Of a DNA stretch of 64,000 bases, positions 49,329-60,600 are shown in pieces. Where the stretch lies: NCBI GenBank assembly GCA_029550865.1, contig JAKPGM010000079.1, forward strand, positions 27,323-91,322, read 5' to 3'. Within the stretch, counting starts at the first letter, position 1. Each line of letters begins with the position of its first letter. The position numbers and the translations under genes are program-made. This DNA is from Bacteroidota bacterium (GTDB taxonomy: Bacteria; Bacteroidota; Bacteroidia; Bacteroidales; DTGW01). The notes beneath the pieces are model-generated. The model was not told the origin of the DNA, did not search any database, and worked only from the letters and a program-made list of their open reading frames with translations.

Positions 49329-51575
49329 TTATTCGGTTACTCTAAAACTTCCTTTGAGCCCATCTTTGCTGTTGGGACCAATCCATACATCGAAATCGCC
49401 AGGTTCAACGACTTTTTTTAGCTCAGCATTCCAAAAGGCCAGATCGTCAGTCTTGAGGGTGAAGCTTACTGTCTTACTTTCCTGTGGTTTCAGATGAATA
49501 CGCTGAAATCCTTTCAGCTCTTTAACGGGCCGGGTAAGCGAGCCTACACGGTCGCGAATGTACAACTGTACAATTTCATCGGCTTCGTATTTACCCGTAT
49601 TTTTAAGCTGACAGCTTATGGTTATTTCATCTTTCTTTTTTAGATCTGTTTTCGAAAGTTGCAGATTGCTGTATTCAAACGTAGTGTAACTAAGTCCATA
49701 TCCAAAGGGGAATAGAGGTTCAGCTCCCGCATCCAGGTAATAGCTAACATAGCCCATGGTTAGCTGTTTGGCACCAGGAGGTATGCTCCCTATGAGCTGT
49801 AGATTTTCGTGAGGAGGACGCCCCGTATTTTTGTGGTTGTAGTAAATAGGAATCTGTCCAACCGTTTTGGGGAAGGTTACCGGCAATTTGCCCGAAGGTA
49901 CAGCTTTGCCAAAAAGCAGGTCGGCAATAGCAGGCCCCCCCATCGTACCAGGATGCCAGGCATAAAGTACTGCATCCGAAAGATTTACCTCTTTTTCAAT
50001 GGTCAACGGACGACCAGCCATGATAATCAGCACAATAGGCTTTCCGGCTTTTTTTACTTCTTCAACCAGTTGGCTTTGTACCCCTGGTAAGTTTATATCG
50101 GCACGGCAACGTGCTTCACCCGAAAGTATCGATTCTTCGCCCAGAAACATCAACACTACATCGGCTCTTCGTGCTGCTGCAACTGCTTTTCCAAAGTTTG
50201 TCGTATTGATGTCCCGGCTATAGCCAAGGGTTTGCTCGTAAATGATGTTGAGTTTTTTCCCATATTCGGCCTGAATAGCCTTTAATGGGGTTTGCGTATA
50301 ATTTTTGTCGCCATCGAGTACCCAGGTACCCAGCTGATCCGAAGGAGCATCGGCAAGAGGACCAATGATTGCTATGGTTTTAACTTTTTCTGTAAGTGGC
50401 AATACATGGTTTTCGTTTTTCAGTAATACGGCGCTTTGTATGGCTGCTTCCTTTGCAGCTGCCAGATGCGAATCGGCATAAATTTTACTGGTCTGCGGAA
50501 TTTTAACATAAGGATTGTCGAACAAGCCCAACTTAAACTTTACTCGTAAAATATTGCGAACAGCTTCGTCTATTGTTTTAATGGATACTTTGCCTTCTTT
50601 TACCAGGGAGTCGAGATGTTTGGAGAATAGGGGCGATACCATTTCCATATCGAGGCCCGCATTGACTGCTTTCATGGCTGCTTCTTTTTCATCTGCACAG
50701 TATCCGTGCACAATCATTTCGGCCACCGATGCCCAGTCGCTTACTACAAATCCCTTGAAATTCCATTCGTCGCGCAAAACTTTTTTCAGTAAAAAGCTGT
50801 TGCCTGTAGAAGGAACCCCATTTATTTCGTTGAATGAACTCATAGCGGTAGCTACACCTGCATCCACTGCAGCCTTAAACGGAGGCAGTACCACTTCACG
50901 TAATACCACTTCTGGTATAATGGTAGTATTATAGTCGCGACCACCTTCAACAAAACCATATCCTGCATAGTGTTTCATACAGGCGGCCATGCTTGTCGGT
51001 TCCGATAAATCATCCCCTTGAAATCCCTTTACCATGGCGGCTCCCAATACCGACGCAAGATACGGATCTTCACCCAGCGATTCGGCTATACGTCCCCAAC
51101 GTGGATCTCTTGTAACATCAAGCATCGGCGCAAAGGTCCAGCGAATGCCCACTTCTGTAGCCTCTACTGCTGCTACTCTGCCCCCTTCCTCAACAATCAG
51201 CGGATTCCATGTAGCCGCCTGACCCAGAGGTATTGGAAAAATGGTTTTAAAACCATGTATTACATCCCGCGCAAACAAAATAGGAATTTTTAACCGACTC
51301 TCTTCCATCGCTATTCTTTGCAACTCATTGATGGTAGTCGGATTAATTTCATTCAAAAATGAACCAATCTTCCCTGCCTTGATCAACTCTTTGTAGTCTG
51401 CAACATTCCCGTTTGAGTGCAGCTGGTACATCTGGCCAATCTTTTCCTCCAGCGTCATCTGTTTTAGCAGGGCATCTATCCTTTCCTCTACTTTAGCATC
51501 TTGATCCATTTGATGCGCACATCCAAACATCAGAAAAGAAAATGTTCCAATGGCAATTAATGATTTTGTTTTCAT
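49329..51575 (-). CDS. bglX: glycoside hydrolase family 3 beta-glucosidase
   Basis: 748 aa with a signal/lipoprotein leader (FGCAH), the GH3 catalytic region GFVVSDW and a C-terminal Fn3-like domain. Confidence 0.92.
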   Translation of the reverse strand: MKTKSLIAIGTFSFLMFGCAHQMDQDAKVEERIDALLKQMTLEEKIGQMYQLHSNGNVADYKELIKAGKIGSFLNEINPTTINELQRIAMEESRLKIPILFARDVIHGFKTIFPIPLGQAATWNPLIVEEGGRVAAVEATEVGIRWTFAPMLDVTRDPRWGRIAESLGEDPYLASVLGAAMVKGFQGDDLSEPTSMAACMKHYAGYGFVEGGRDYNTTIIPEVVLREVVLPPFKAAVDAGVATAMSSFNEINGVPSTGNSFLLKKVLRDEWNFKGFVVSDWASVAEMIVHGYCADEKEAAMKAVNAGLDMEMVSPLFSKHLDSLVKEGKVSIKTIDEAVRNILRVKFKLGLFDNPYVKIPQTSKIYADSHLAAAKEAAIQSAVLLKNENHVLPLTEKVKTIAIIGPLADAPSDQLGTWVLDGDKNYTQTPLKAIQAEYGKKLNIIYEQTLGYSRDINTTNFGKAVAAARRADVVLMFLGEESILSGEARCRADINLPGVQSQLVEEVKKAGKPIVLIIMAGRPLTIEKEVNLSDAVLYAWHPGTMGGPAIADLLFGKAVPSGKLPVTFPKTVGQIPIYYNHKNTGRPPHENLQLIGSIPPGAKQLTMGYVSYYLDAGAEPLFPFGYGLSYTTFEYSNLQLSKTDLKKKDEITISCQLKNTGKYEADEIVQLYIRDRVGSLTRPVKELKGFQRIHLKPQESKTVSFTLKTDDLAFWNAELKKVVEPGDFDVWIGPNSKDGLKGSFRVTE

Positions 51576-51902
51576 TGTACAAAATTTTAAATTTTATTAA
51601 GGTCGGTTGGTAATATTCTTCCTTACTACATTTACACCTACATGCATACGTTAAGAGCGTTGACTTTTTTGCATCATGTTTCAGTATATGTCAAAGTTAA
51701 TTCAATCTTCGGGTTATTATTTTTTCTAATATACGATTTTTATATAGCATAGCTACTACAAACATACCACATAGGTCTTCCTGGGATAATATTAGGGGAT
51801 AATTTTTGATGCATTTGGGGTATAAAATGTAAAACAACAGATAAAACAGCCAGACATTTTGGCCATCTTACCTGCTGTCCAATGCATATAAAAATGCGCT
51901 GT

Positions 51903-53030
51903 TTATTTTTTTAGCGTGAAATTCAACCAGAAGTAACCCAGAATACCTGAAATTAACGAACCTATAAGGACGGCTATCTTTGAATAATCGAGCTGAATAG
52001 ATTTTTCAAATGACAAAATGGCGATGAAAATGGACATAGTAAAGCCAATACCAGCAAGCATACCTACCCCTAACAGTTGTTTATGCTTTACACCATGGGG
52101 TAAACTGCATACTTTTAATTTCGCTGCCAAAAAAGATAATCCCAATATTCCAACTGGTTTGCCAATAACCAGCCCAAGCGCAATTCCTATGGTGTTCGGA
52201 TTTACTATTCCCTCAAACATTGCTTTGTTTATCTCGATACTGGTATTACCTAAGGCAAAGAGGGGTAAAATGATAAAATTAACCGGCTTAATCAGCGTAT
52301 GTTCCCATTTATTGGATATCGACGTGGGGACCAGAAAAGCAAGCAAAACACCTGCTAATGTGGCATGAATTCCAGAATTATACATGAAAATCCATAGTAT
52401 TATTCCTCCTATAAGATATATCAGGGTATGGTGTATGTTTTTCTTGTTGAGGTAAACTAATAGCAAACTTAGAGCTATCACGCCTAACAGGTAGTATAGC
52501 TTAAGGGATGCAGTGTAAAAAATGGCAATAACCAGTATTGCCCCCAAATCATCTGCTACCGCAAGGGCGGTCAAAAAAACTTTAAGGGGAAGAGGTACCT
52601 GTTTGCCCAGCAGCGATAAAATACCCAAAGAAAAAGCTATATCGGTAGCAACAGGAATCCCGGCACCCCGAATAGAGCCGGTGTGGATGTTTATTCCTAT
52701 ATATATTAATGCTGGGGCTATCATTCCACCCAGAGCACCCACTACGGGCAACATAGCTTTTTTTACACTGGATAGCTCACCTTCACGTAGTTCTCGCTTA
52801 AGTTCAAGCCCTATAAGCAAGAAAAAAACTGCCATTAATGCATCATTAATAAAATGTAAGGTGCTAAAACCACTTACTTCAATGTGCCATAAATGCGAAT
52901 AAGAGTGAGGAAAAAACAAATTGGTGGCCAGTAGCGAAAAAATAGTGCATCCTAATAAAAGTAATCCTCCAGCTTTTTCGTTTTCAGTAAACTCTTGAAA
53001 TAATTTAAATGGTCGTTTTTTAATAGCCAT
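51903..53030 (-). CDS. nhaA: Na+/H+ antiporter NhaA
   Basis: 375-aa polytopic protein with FFLLIGLELKREL and ALAVADDLGAI (the conserved DD pair). Confidence 0.92.
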   Translation of the reverse strand: MAIKKRPFKLFQEFTENEKAGGLLLLGCTIFSLLATNLFFPHSYSHLWHIEVSGFSTLHFINDALMAVFFLLIGLELKRELREGELSSVKKAMLPVVGALGGMIAPALIYIGINIHTGSIRGAGIPVATDIAFSLGILSLLGKQVPLPLKVFLTALAVADDLGAILVIAIFYTASLKLYYLLGVIALSLLLVYLNKKNIHHTLIYLIGGIILWIFMYNSGIHATLAGVLLAFLVPTSISNKWEHTLIKPVNFIILPLFALGNTSIEINKAMFEGIVNPNTIGIALGLVIGKPVGILGLSFLAAKLKVCSLPHGVKHKQLLGVGMLAGIGFTMSIFIAILSFEKSIQLDYSKIAVLIGSLISGILGYFWLNFTLKK

Positions 53031-54081
53031 ACAATAATTTATTTAGCGTATCGACAAAACCTATAACATCTTCTTTTTGAGTATTGAACGAACACATCCA
53101 TCGTACTAAGGGGAATCTCTCATCTGGCGTTTCCCTGTTTTCTTCCCATCTGTAAAAATAACTATATGCTTGAAGAGGTTCGATTATTTTTTCGGGGATC
53201 CTTGCAAAAACGCTGTTGGCCTGTACTTTTTGTACGATATTAACTTGGGGCATTTCCCACAGTTTTTTTTCAAGCAAGCGAGCCATTTGATTAGCGTGAC
53301 TGGCATTTCTGAGCCAGAGATCATCTTTTAAATAAGCCATGTATTGGGCTCCTATATATCGCATTTTCGATAGCAGTTGCATGCCCTGCTTTTGTAAGTA
53401 TTTTATTTTCCCCAATAAGCTTTTATTAATAATAATAACTGCTTCCCCAAAAAGCATACCATTCTTAGTTCCACCAAACGTAACGATGTCCACTCCAGCA
53501 TGGGTGGTAAAATTGGCAATCGATATGGCAAGCGATACGGTAGCATTAGCAATGCGTGCACCATCAATATGCAGGAAAAGATCGTGTTGATGGGCCCATT
53601 GGGATAGTTCTTGAATTTCTTCTGCCGAATACACAGTACCTAACTCAGTAGGCTGGGATATAGAAATTAACCGTGGTTGGTTATGATGCACATTGCCTTT
53701 CAACTTGATAAACGGTTCAAGTTGTTGGGGTGTAATCTTACCATCTTTCGTTTGAATCGTATAAATTTTACTGCCTGCAAATTTCTCCAGCGCTCCACAC
53801 TCGTCGGTGTTTATGTGAGCCGTTTCAGCGCATATTACAGCCTCATACGATTTGCAGCACGTAGCTATTGAAAGCACATTTGCTGCCGTACCGTTGTAGG
53901 TGAATATAACTTCGGCTTCCGGATGTTCAAATACCTCGCGAATAAGTTGTATGGCTTGCCTGGTGTACACATCATCGCCATAAGCGGGAAAATGCCCATC
54001 GTTACATTGCGCTATAGCTTCTACTATTGCTGGATGTGCTCCTGCCCAATTGTCACTCGCAAAGTTATGTGTAGGGTGCAT
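53020..54081 (-). CDS. ltaE: low-specificity L-threonine aldolase (beta-eliminating lyase fold)
   Basis: FASDNWAGAHP N-terminus, HIDGARIANA, and FGGTKNG with the PLP lysine. Confidence 0.85.
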   Translation of the reverse strand: MHPTHNFASDNWAGAHPAIVEAIAQCNDGHFPAYGDDVYTRQAIQLIREVFEHPEAEVIFTYNGTAANVLSIATCCKSYEAVICAETAHINTDECGALEKFAGSKIYTIQTKDGKITPQQLEPFIKLKGNVHHNQPRLISISQPTELGTVYSAEEIQELSQWAHQHDLFLHIDGARIANATVSLAISIANFTTHAGVDIVTFGGTKNGMLFGEAVIIINKSLLGKIKYLQKQGMQLLSKMRYIGAQYMAYLKDDLWLRNASHANQMARLLEKKLWEMPQVNIVQKVQANSVFARIPEKIIEPLQAYSYFYRWEENRETPDERFPLVRWMCSFNTQKEDVIGFVDTLNKLLYGY

Positions 54082-54643
54082 ATACCATTTTTATATCTAT
54101 GGCTAAAATAAGTATTTTTAGAATAAAACACCATTTCCTATATTTTACACTCTACAATTAAAGGTTTGATTCTCCATTACGAAAATGATGAATCTTATGT
54201 ATCCAATACTTAATAGGGTGTATGTGACATTAAGTAATCATGTCCTTTTAGTTTATAGCCCACACCTCCCGTTGCGTGATTTTTTATGTATAACATTCTT
54301 GGGTTAAAATACGTATAATGAGTAACTTATTGAAATGTTAATCTACTTTATCCTGCAATTGACTTTGAATTAATCAAAAAAAATAAGCTATTCATCAAAA
54401 AAAAAAGGTTGTTCGTCAAAGAAAAAGTAGCATTAATGGAATTTTTCCTTTTTTGATATGTAAAAAGTTATTTTCATACGTAAAACATGAAAAAAAATTA
54501 TAATATTTGTCATTGAATTTGGTGATGAAAATTATCAATAATATTCTAAGTGAGATACAACGGTGATTGTGGGGCGTAACATAATAACTCGTATGTGTAA
54601 AACTATAGTGGGGAAATCATCAAAGAACTGTAATCATTTAGCC

Positions 54644-57600
54644 ATGTCCCGGTGGGGGATGATTATCTCGTTGCTGTTCGGGATTCATATGCTTGCTCAG
54701 GGACAGAAGACCTGGGATGGGGGGGCAGGAACCAATAACTGGGGGGACGCCAACAACTGGAATCCGGATGGGGTGCCCACTGCTGCTCAATCAGTTAACA
54801 TTAATCAGGCAGCTACCATTAATGTCAATGTTCCTGCCGTTTGTGCCTCACTTACTATCAATGCAGGTCTTAATAGTGTATCAATAAATATTCTGGGGAA
54901 TAATAGTCTTACCGTTGGTGGTAGTATCACCTATAACAATCCCAATGTCAATCAGACCTATGCTATAAACGTTAATGATGGTACGCTTACAGCAAGTAGC
55001 ATCTCCCTGGCCAATACTACCGCTACCAGTCGAGTAAATCGACTCTCGGTTAACAATGGAACCATTAACGTTAGTGGGAATATTAATGCGCAGGGCAATA
55101 ATGTTGGGGAAAATGTAGTTGAAATAACGGGTAACGGAACGCTTAATGTAGAGGGTACCCTGCAGGGGAATGGGTATAGCTATTCTTTAGCAAATGGTAC
55201 GGTTAATTATTCAAGTGCCAGTGCAGTGGCATTGCTTGGTGGAGTTACCTATAATAATCTTACCATATCAGGCGGTGGTACTAAAACCATTACCGGTGGC
55301 AATGTTACTGTAAATGGAGTACTCAATCTGATCAGTGGCAACATTAGTCTGGGTTCGGGTACTAACAATCTTATTTTGAACGACGGAGCTACTATAGCGG
55401 GTACATTCGATAATACGCGAATGATTGTATGCGACGGTACGGGATCGTTGATAAAGTACAGTAGCACTCCTGCAGGATTTGTTATGACCTATCCGGTAGG
55501 TACTACCAACCGGTATACTCCCATGACCATATCATCGTTGTCAGCTACCCTATCGGGTACCGAAAGTATAGCAGTGCGTACTGTGGCCTCGACAGCGCCC
55601 GGTGCCAATGCTACCGATCTAAATCGTTATTGGAATGTAGTGTTGAGCAGTGGCTTGTCGGTTTCCTCGGCCGATGTAAGCTTTACCTATATCAATCCTG
55701 CTGATGTAGGTACAGGCGGGGATCAGTCCACATATCAGCCATATATTTACAATGGTACCAGTTGGAGCATTGCCCCAGGTGCCAGTGCTCAGGGAATAGT
55801 CCCTATGTCTGCCACCAGCACGCCATTACTGAGTGGGATATGGACTGCCCGTGAAGCCCATACTACTTTCTATTCATATCAATCGGGTAACTGGCAGTCG
55901 GCTGCTACCTGGACGCTCGATCCTTCGGGTACATTATACATCAACCCCGGTAATCAAATTCCATCTACCACTAACGACCGTGTCGTTATCCTCAATGGAC
56001 GCTATGTATATACTACTACCGCCCGAAATGTTGCTTCCTTGCAGATCAATGAAGGAGGAATTCTCGACCTGTTTAGCAGCACTGGCCACAATTTTGGCGA
56101 TGTGAGCGGAAAAGGTACCATGCGTCTTAGCACGCTTACCTTCCCTAATGGAAATTTCGCAGCTTTTGTATCGACCGACGGTGGTACCGTTGAATATTAT
56201 AATGTTAGCGGTACCTTGCAGCAAAATCAGTACAATAATCTAGTCCTGAAAAAAGCAGACAACAATGCTAATAATTATACCATCACCCTGGCTTCCGATC
56301 TTACGGTAAACGGTAAATTGAATGTTGTACGTGTTGCAGGAAGTGGTAATATGACCTTTACAATTGGTAATAATGCTACTCCACGCAACATAGTAGTAGG
56401 CGGCGATCTATATGTTTCTTCGGGAGGACAGATTAATACTTTTGTTGCCAACGTAGTACATACCATGTCAATTGGCGGGAACCTTACCAACTACGGTACA
56501 ATACGTTTTACCAATAGAACTCCTCCGGTTATCAACGCTTACTATATTACTGATCCTACTAACGGTGTGGTTAATGTTACCTTTGTAGGGGCATCCAATA
56601 ATACGGTAAGCTGTTATGGTACTACGGATTTTAACCGCTTTATAGTTAACAAAGGGGTTGACCAAACTTATATATTGACAGTATATTCCAGCCATGTCGA
56701 TAATTTCCGAATCTTTGGTCGCAATGACCAAACAGCAACCGATTATGACCCCAATATTGAGAACCTAAATGGGGTGCTTAAAAATATATGGATTCGAAAT
56801 GGTACACTGAAACTTGAGGGCAATATTCTCATACCTTCATTGACTGAGGGTGGAGGTGATAACTTTTCTATTCCTCTCAACGGTGCACTCTGGCTCAATG
56901 GTCCCAATGTAGAAGTGCATGTTACCAACAATCAGAATGGTTGGGGTAACAAAGCTATAACCTTGTTTGGTAAACTAAGAGTTGACCAAGGATATATCGA
57001 CTTTGGAATTGGAGCCGGGCTCGTATATCGTGGTACTGGAGAAATTGAAATAAATGGTGGATTGTTACGTATGTCCCAATTCCGTCCTTCCAGCTATTCA
57101 ACCAATCCCAAGACTTCTTACAAGCAAACGGGAGGGCACTTTATGGTCATTGGTAACCCCGATGGAACTTACGAACTAAATGATCCCAAAGCTATCTTTT
57201 GCTTTCCTTTTCCAACCAATTCTTTCATCATGACGGGTGGTACCATTACGGTATCCTATGCAACATCCCGTGGTGCTTTCGTAATTGGTTCCGATCCAAG
57301 TAATAATGTTGTTACGGGAGGTACGGTCAATATTGTTATAACCAACAATAATCCTTACTATTTTACTTCGTCGGCACCTATATATAACTTGAATATTTCA
57401 AAAACCGGAGGAACCACTACAACAGTTCAGATTAATAATGTCAATACCGATGGCCTTACAGGAACCCCTACTTCTATTACTACCCCGGCAATGCCGCTAA
57501 CGGTACTCAACGAGATGAAAATATTAACGGGGAATAATCCTATTTTCAATGCCAATAACCAGAATCTTTTTATTGGTGGTACGCTGGAAATTCAAAATGG

Positions 57601-60600
57601 TACTACTTTAAATACGGGTACTAATACTGTATATTTCAATGGTTCAGGGAACCAACAGTTAATTATCAATGGTACTGTAAGTGGTAATTTCAATCATGTA
57701 ACCCTTTCCAATACTTCTACTCTTACCCTGATCAATAGCAATCCTTCAGTACCCATAATTATTAATGGCAATTTGACAATAGGTGCTGGTTGCACGCTCA
57801 TCGATAATGGCAGAATCCTACAGGTTGCCGGTAATATATACAACAGTGGTACACACTTTAAGCCCGTTTCGGGTGCAGGAAGCATACAGCTGATTGGTAC
57901 AGGTAATCAGATTATTGGAGGTAATGGCAATGGTATATTCAACAATCTTACGCTCAACAAAACAGGCGGTAGCGTTACAGCACAGGCTAACTTCACGGTT
58001 ACGGGCGATTTGCGTCTGGGAGGTACAGCGGGGGCACCTGCGCGTTTGAACATGGGAAGCTATCGTTTAACCTTTACTGCTGATGCTAATGTGTATGATG
58101 CCGTTACGGGTACTTCCCAAACAGGCTTCTCTAATAATCGTATGATTGTTACCTCGGGATTGCTCTCGGATAAAGGGGTGACAAGGACATTTACTACATC
58201 GTCTCTATCGTTTAAATATCCATTTGGTGTACAGGTAGGTGCCAATTACTATTATTTGCCAGCTACCATCCAGTTTACAACGGCACCAACCACCCTGGGT
58301 GCTATCACCATTACGCCTGTCAAGTCGCGTCATTATCTTACCCAATCGACGGCTGCGCTTAATTGTTTCTGGAAAACACAAAGTTCGGGCTTTAGCGGTA
58401 TAACTTCTGGAACGCTCATTCAGCAATATCAGTACGCCGATGCAGGACCAAATTTATTTGTAGCTGCAGGAAGCAATGAATTAAATTATATCCCTGCCCG
58501 TTATCGTTATACAGGAGTGTGGTTTACCGATAACGATGTAAATAAGGTCGATGATGGTAACAACATCATCCTGTTTGATACCGATACCTTGCCGCAGGGT
58601 GAATATACTGCTGGTGAATCCTCTGCATTTGGTGCTATTGCAACACTCTATAGCGTAAATGATGGCCCATGGAATAATCCGAATACCTGGTCAACTACGC
58701 GCGGGGGAACGCCTGGTAACGGTGGCATTCCAAATGCTTCTACTATCGTGAAAATTGTCGATAATCATACCGTGACAACCCCTGTTGCAGCTTTTGCAGG
58801 AAGTTTGTTCATTGAAGATGGGTCGGTACTTGACCTGGGAACCGTTACAGGACACAACTTTACTTCCTTGCCCGATAGCGGGGTGGTGGGAACTGGTAAA
58901 TTGCGTATTGCAAGTTCCAATTATTTCCCACAAGGCGATTTTGGGGTTTTCATCGGTCCTAATGGTGGTACCGTTGAATATTATACGGCAGGAGCCAACA
59001 TCACTATTCCGGTTACTTCGGATGTTACCAATTTACCGCTTACAAATTATCGTCACTTAATCCTGACTCCCGCTACAGGAAATAACATTACACTTCCTGC
59101 CACCGATTTGACGGTATATGGAAATCTTACGATAAATGGTACAGGAACAGGACCTAATGACGGTGTACGCACGCCAACAACGGCTTCGTATGTGTATACG
59201 ATTAATGGTAACTTAAATGTTAATTCGGGGCTGTTGGAATATCGAAACAATGTATTACAAACCATAAAAGTATTTGGTAATCTGAATATTGCAAGCGGTG
59301 CAGTATTTAGAGTAAGTGCTGCGGGAACGGTGGTTAACAACGTATTGGAACTTTATGGTAAATTGCTGAACGACGGAACCTTTGATATGAATAACACGGG
59401 AAGAGTATATGTATATTTTAAGGGTTCCCAGAATGCTACAATCAGTGGTGGAGGTGCGGTTTATGATTTCTATAATCTTTATGTCGACAAGGGAAGCGAT
59501 TATACTCCGGTATTATCGCTGCAAAGCAATATAACTACTGGTTTTACCAATCCATTCCTTAATTTGCTCAATGGTACTTTTAGGGTAGATGGGGCTTCTG
59601 TGAATGTGGTATTATCGACCACATCTCCCTTTACTATTCCTGCTACAGCATGCTTGGCTGTGAACAATGGTACAGCAACGGTAGGTACTACCAACAATGC
59701 GGGCGACCTTATTTTGATTGGACGCCTTGAAGTTTCGGGCGGTATGCTGAATATCGGCTCGGGAGGAAATTATAATAATGACATTGAATATGCTTCTGCA
59801 GGTACACCAACTATTGTAGTGAGTGGCGGTACATTAAATGTAAATGGTCAGATACGTCGAAATCTGAACAACACCAGTGGAGCACTCATTTATTCACAGT
59901 CGGGAGGTACTGTAATTGTTAATGGGCAGAATCAAAATGTGACCCGTGCCAAGCTCGAAATTTTAAATGCCTCCAGTAGTTTTACCATGACGGGTGGTAA
60001 TATCATTATACGTCAGGATGGTGGGACTACCTATGGTGACCTATATCTTCGTCCATCCAATTATACGGTTACAGGTGGTACCATTAATTTTGGCGATGGT
60101 TCAACCGCTGCAAACAAGAACTTCCGCCTGATTGCAGGCATTCCTTTATGGAATGTTGAGGTGGGAACCGCTACGGTAACACAAACGGTACAACTATATA
60201 TTTTGCCGCTCACCATTTTGAACGACCTTGCCATCCGGGGTAATTCGGTTTTCAATGCTGCTGGATATAATGTAACAATAAAACATGCACTCATCAATGA
60301 AAATATCAATGCGAGCGGTGGAATCAATGTGGGCGGGTATCGTACAGGCAGTGCTTCTCAGGTGACTACCTTCAACGGTACGGCTCCCATGTTGGTAGTT
60401 GGTAATGGCGCTAATCTTACGAATTTTGCAAATTTAGTCCTTAATTCTCCAAGCACGCTTACCATCCAGAACAATATTCAGGTCAATGCTGACCTTACCC
60501 TCTCTGCTGGTACGCTTGCTGATAATGGAAATCAAATAGTGTTGAAGGGTAATGTTTACAATGCTACTACGCATACCAGCGTAAATGGAAGTGGAGGTAT

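Noticed and set aside
51601-51665. GGTCGGTTGG ... CTACATGCATACG, resembling the ends of the repeat family
   Set aside because: The two motifs are only about 45 nt apart, the shared core ATTTTCATA..GTTTGTGAAT is missing, and identity is low. It is probably chance or an unrecognisable relic.
54394-54457. Inverted repeat CATCAAAAAAAAAAGG / CCTTTTTTGAT upstream of the giant gene, as a possible invertible-promoter boundary
   Set aside because: The arms are short, almost pure A/T and unequal in length, and no recombinase gene is nearby. The phased A-tract interpretation is better supported.
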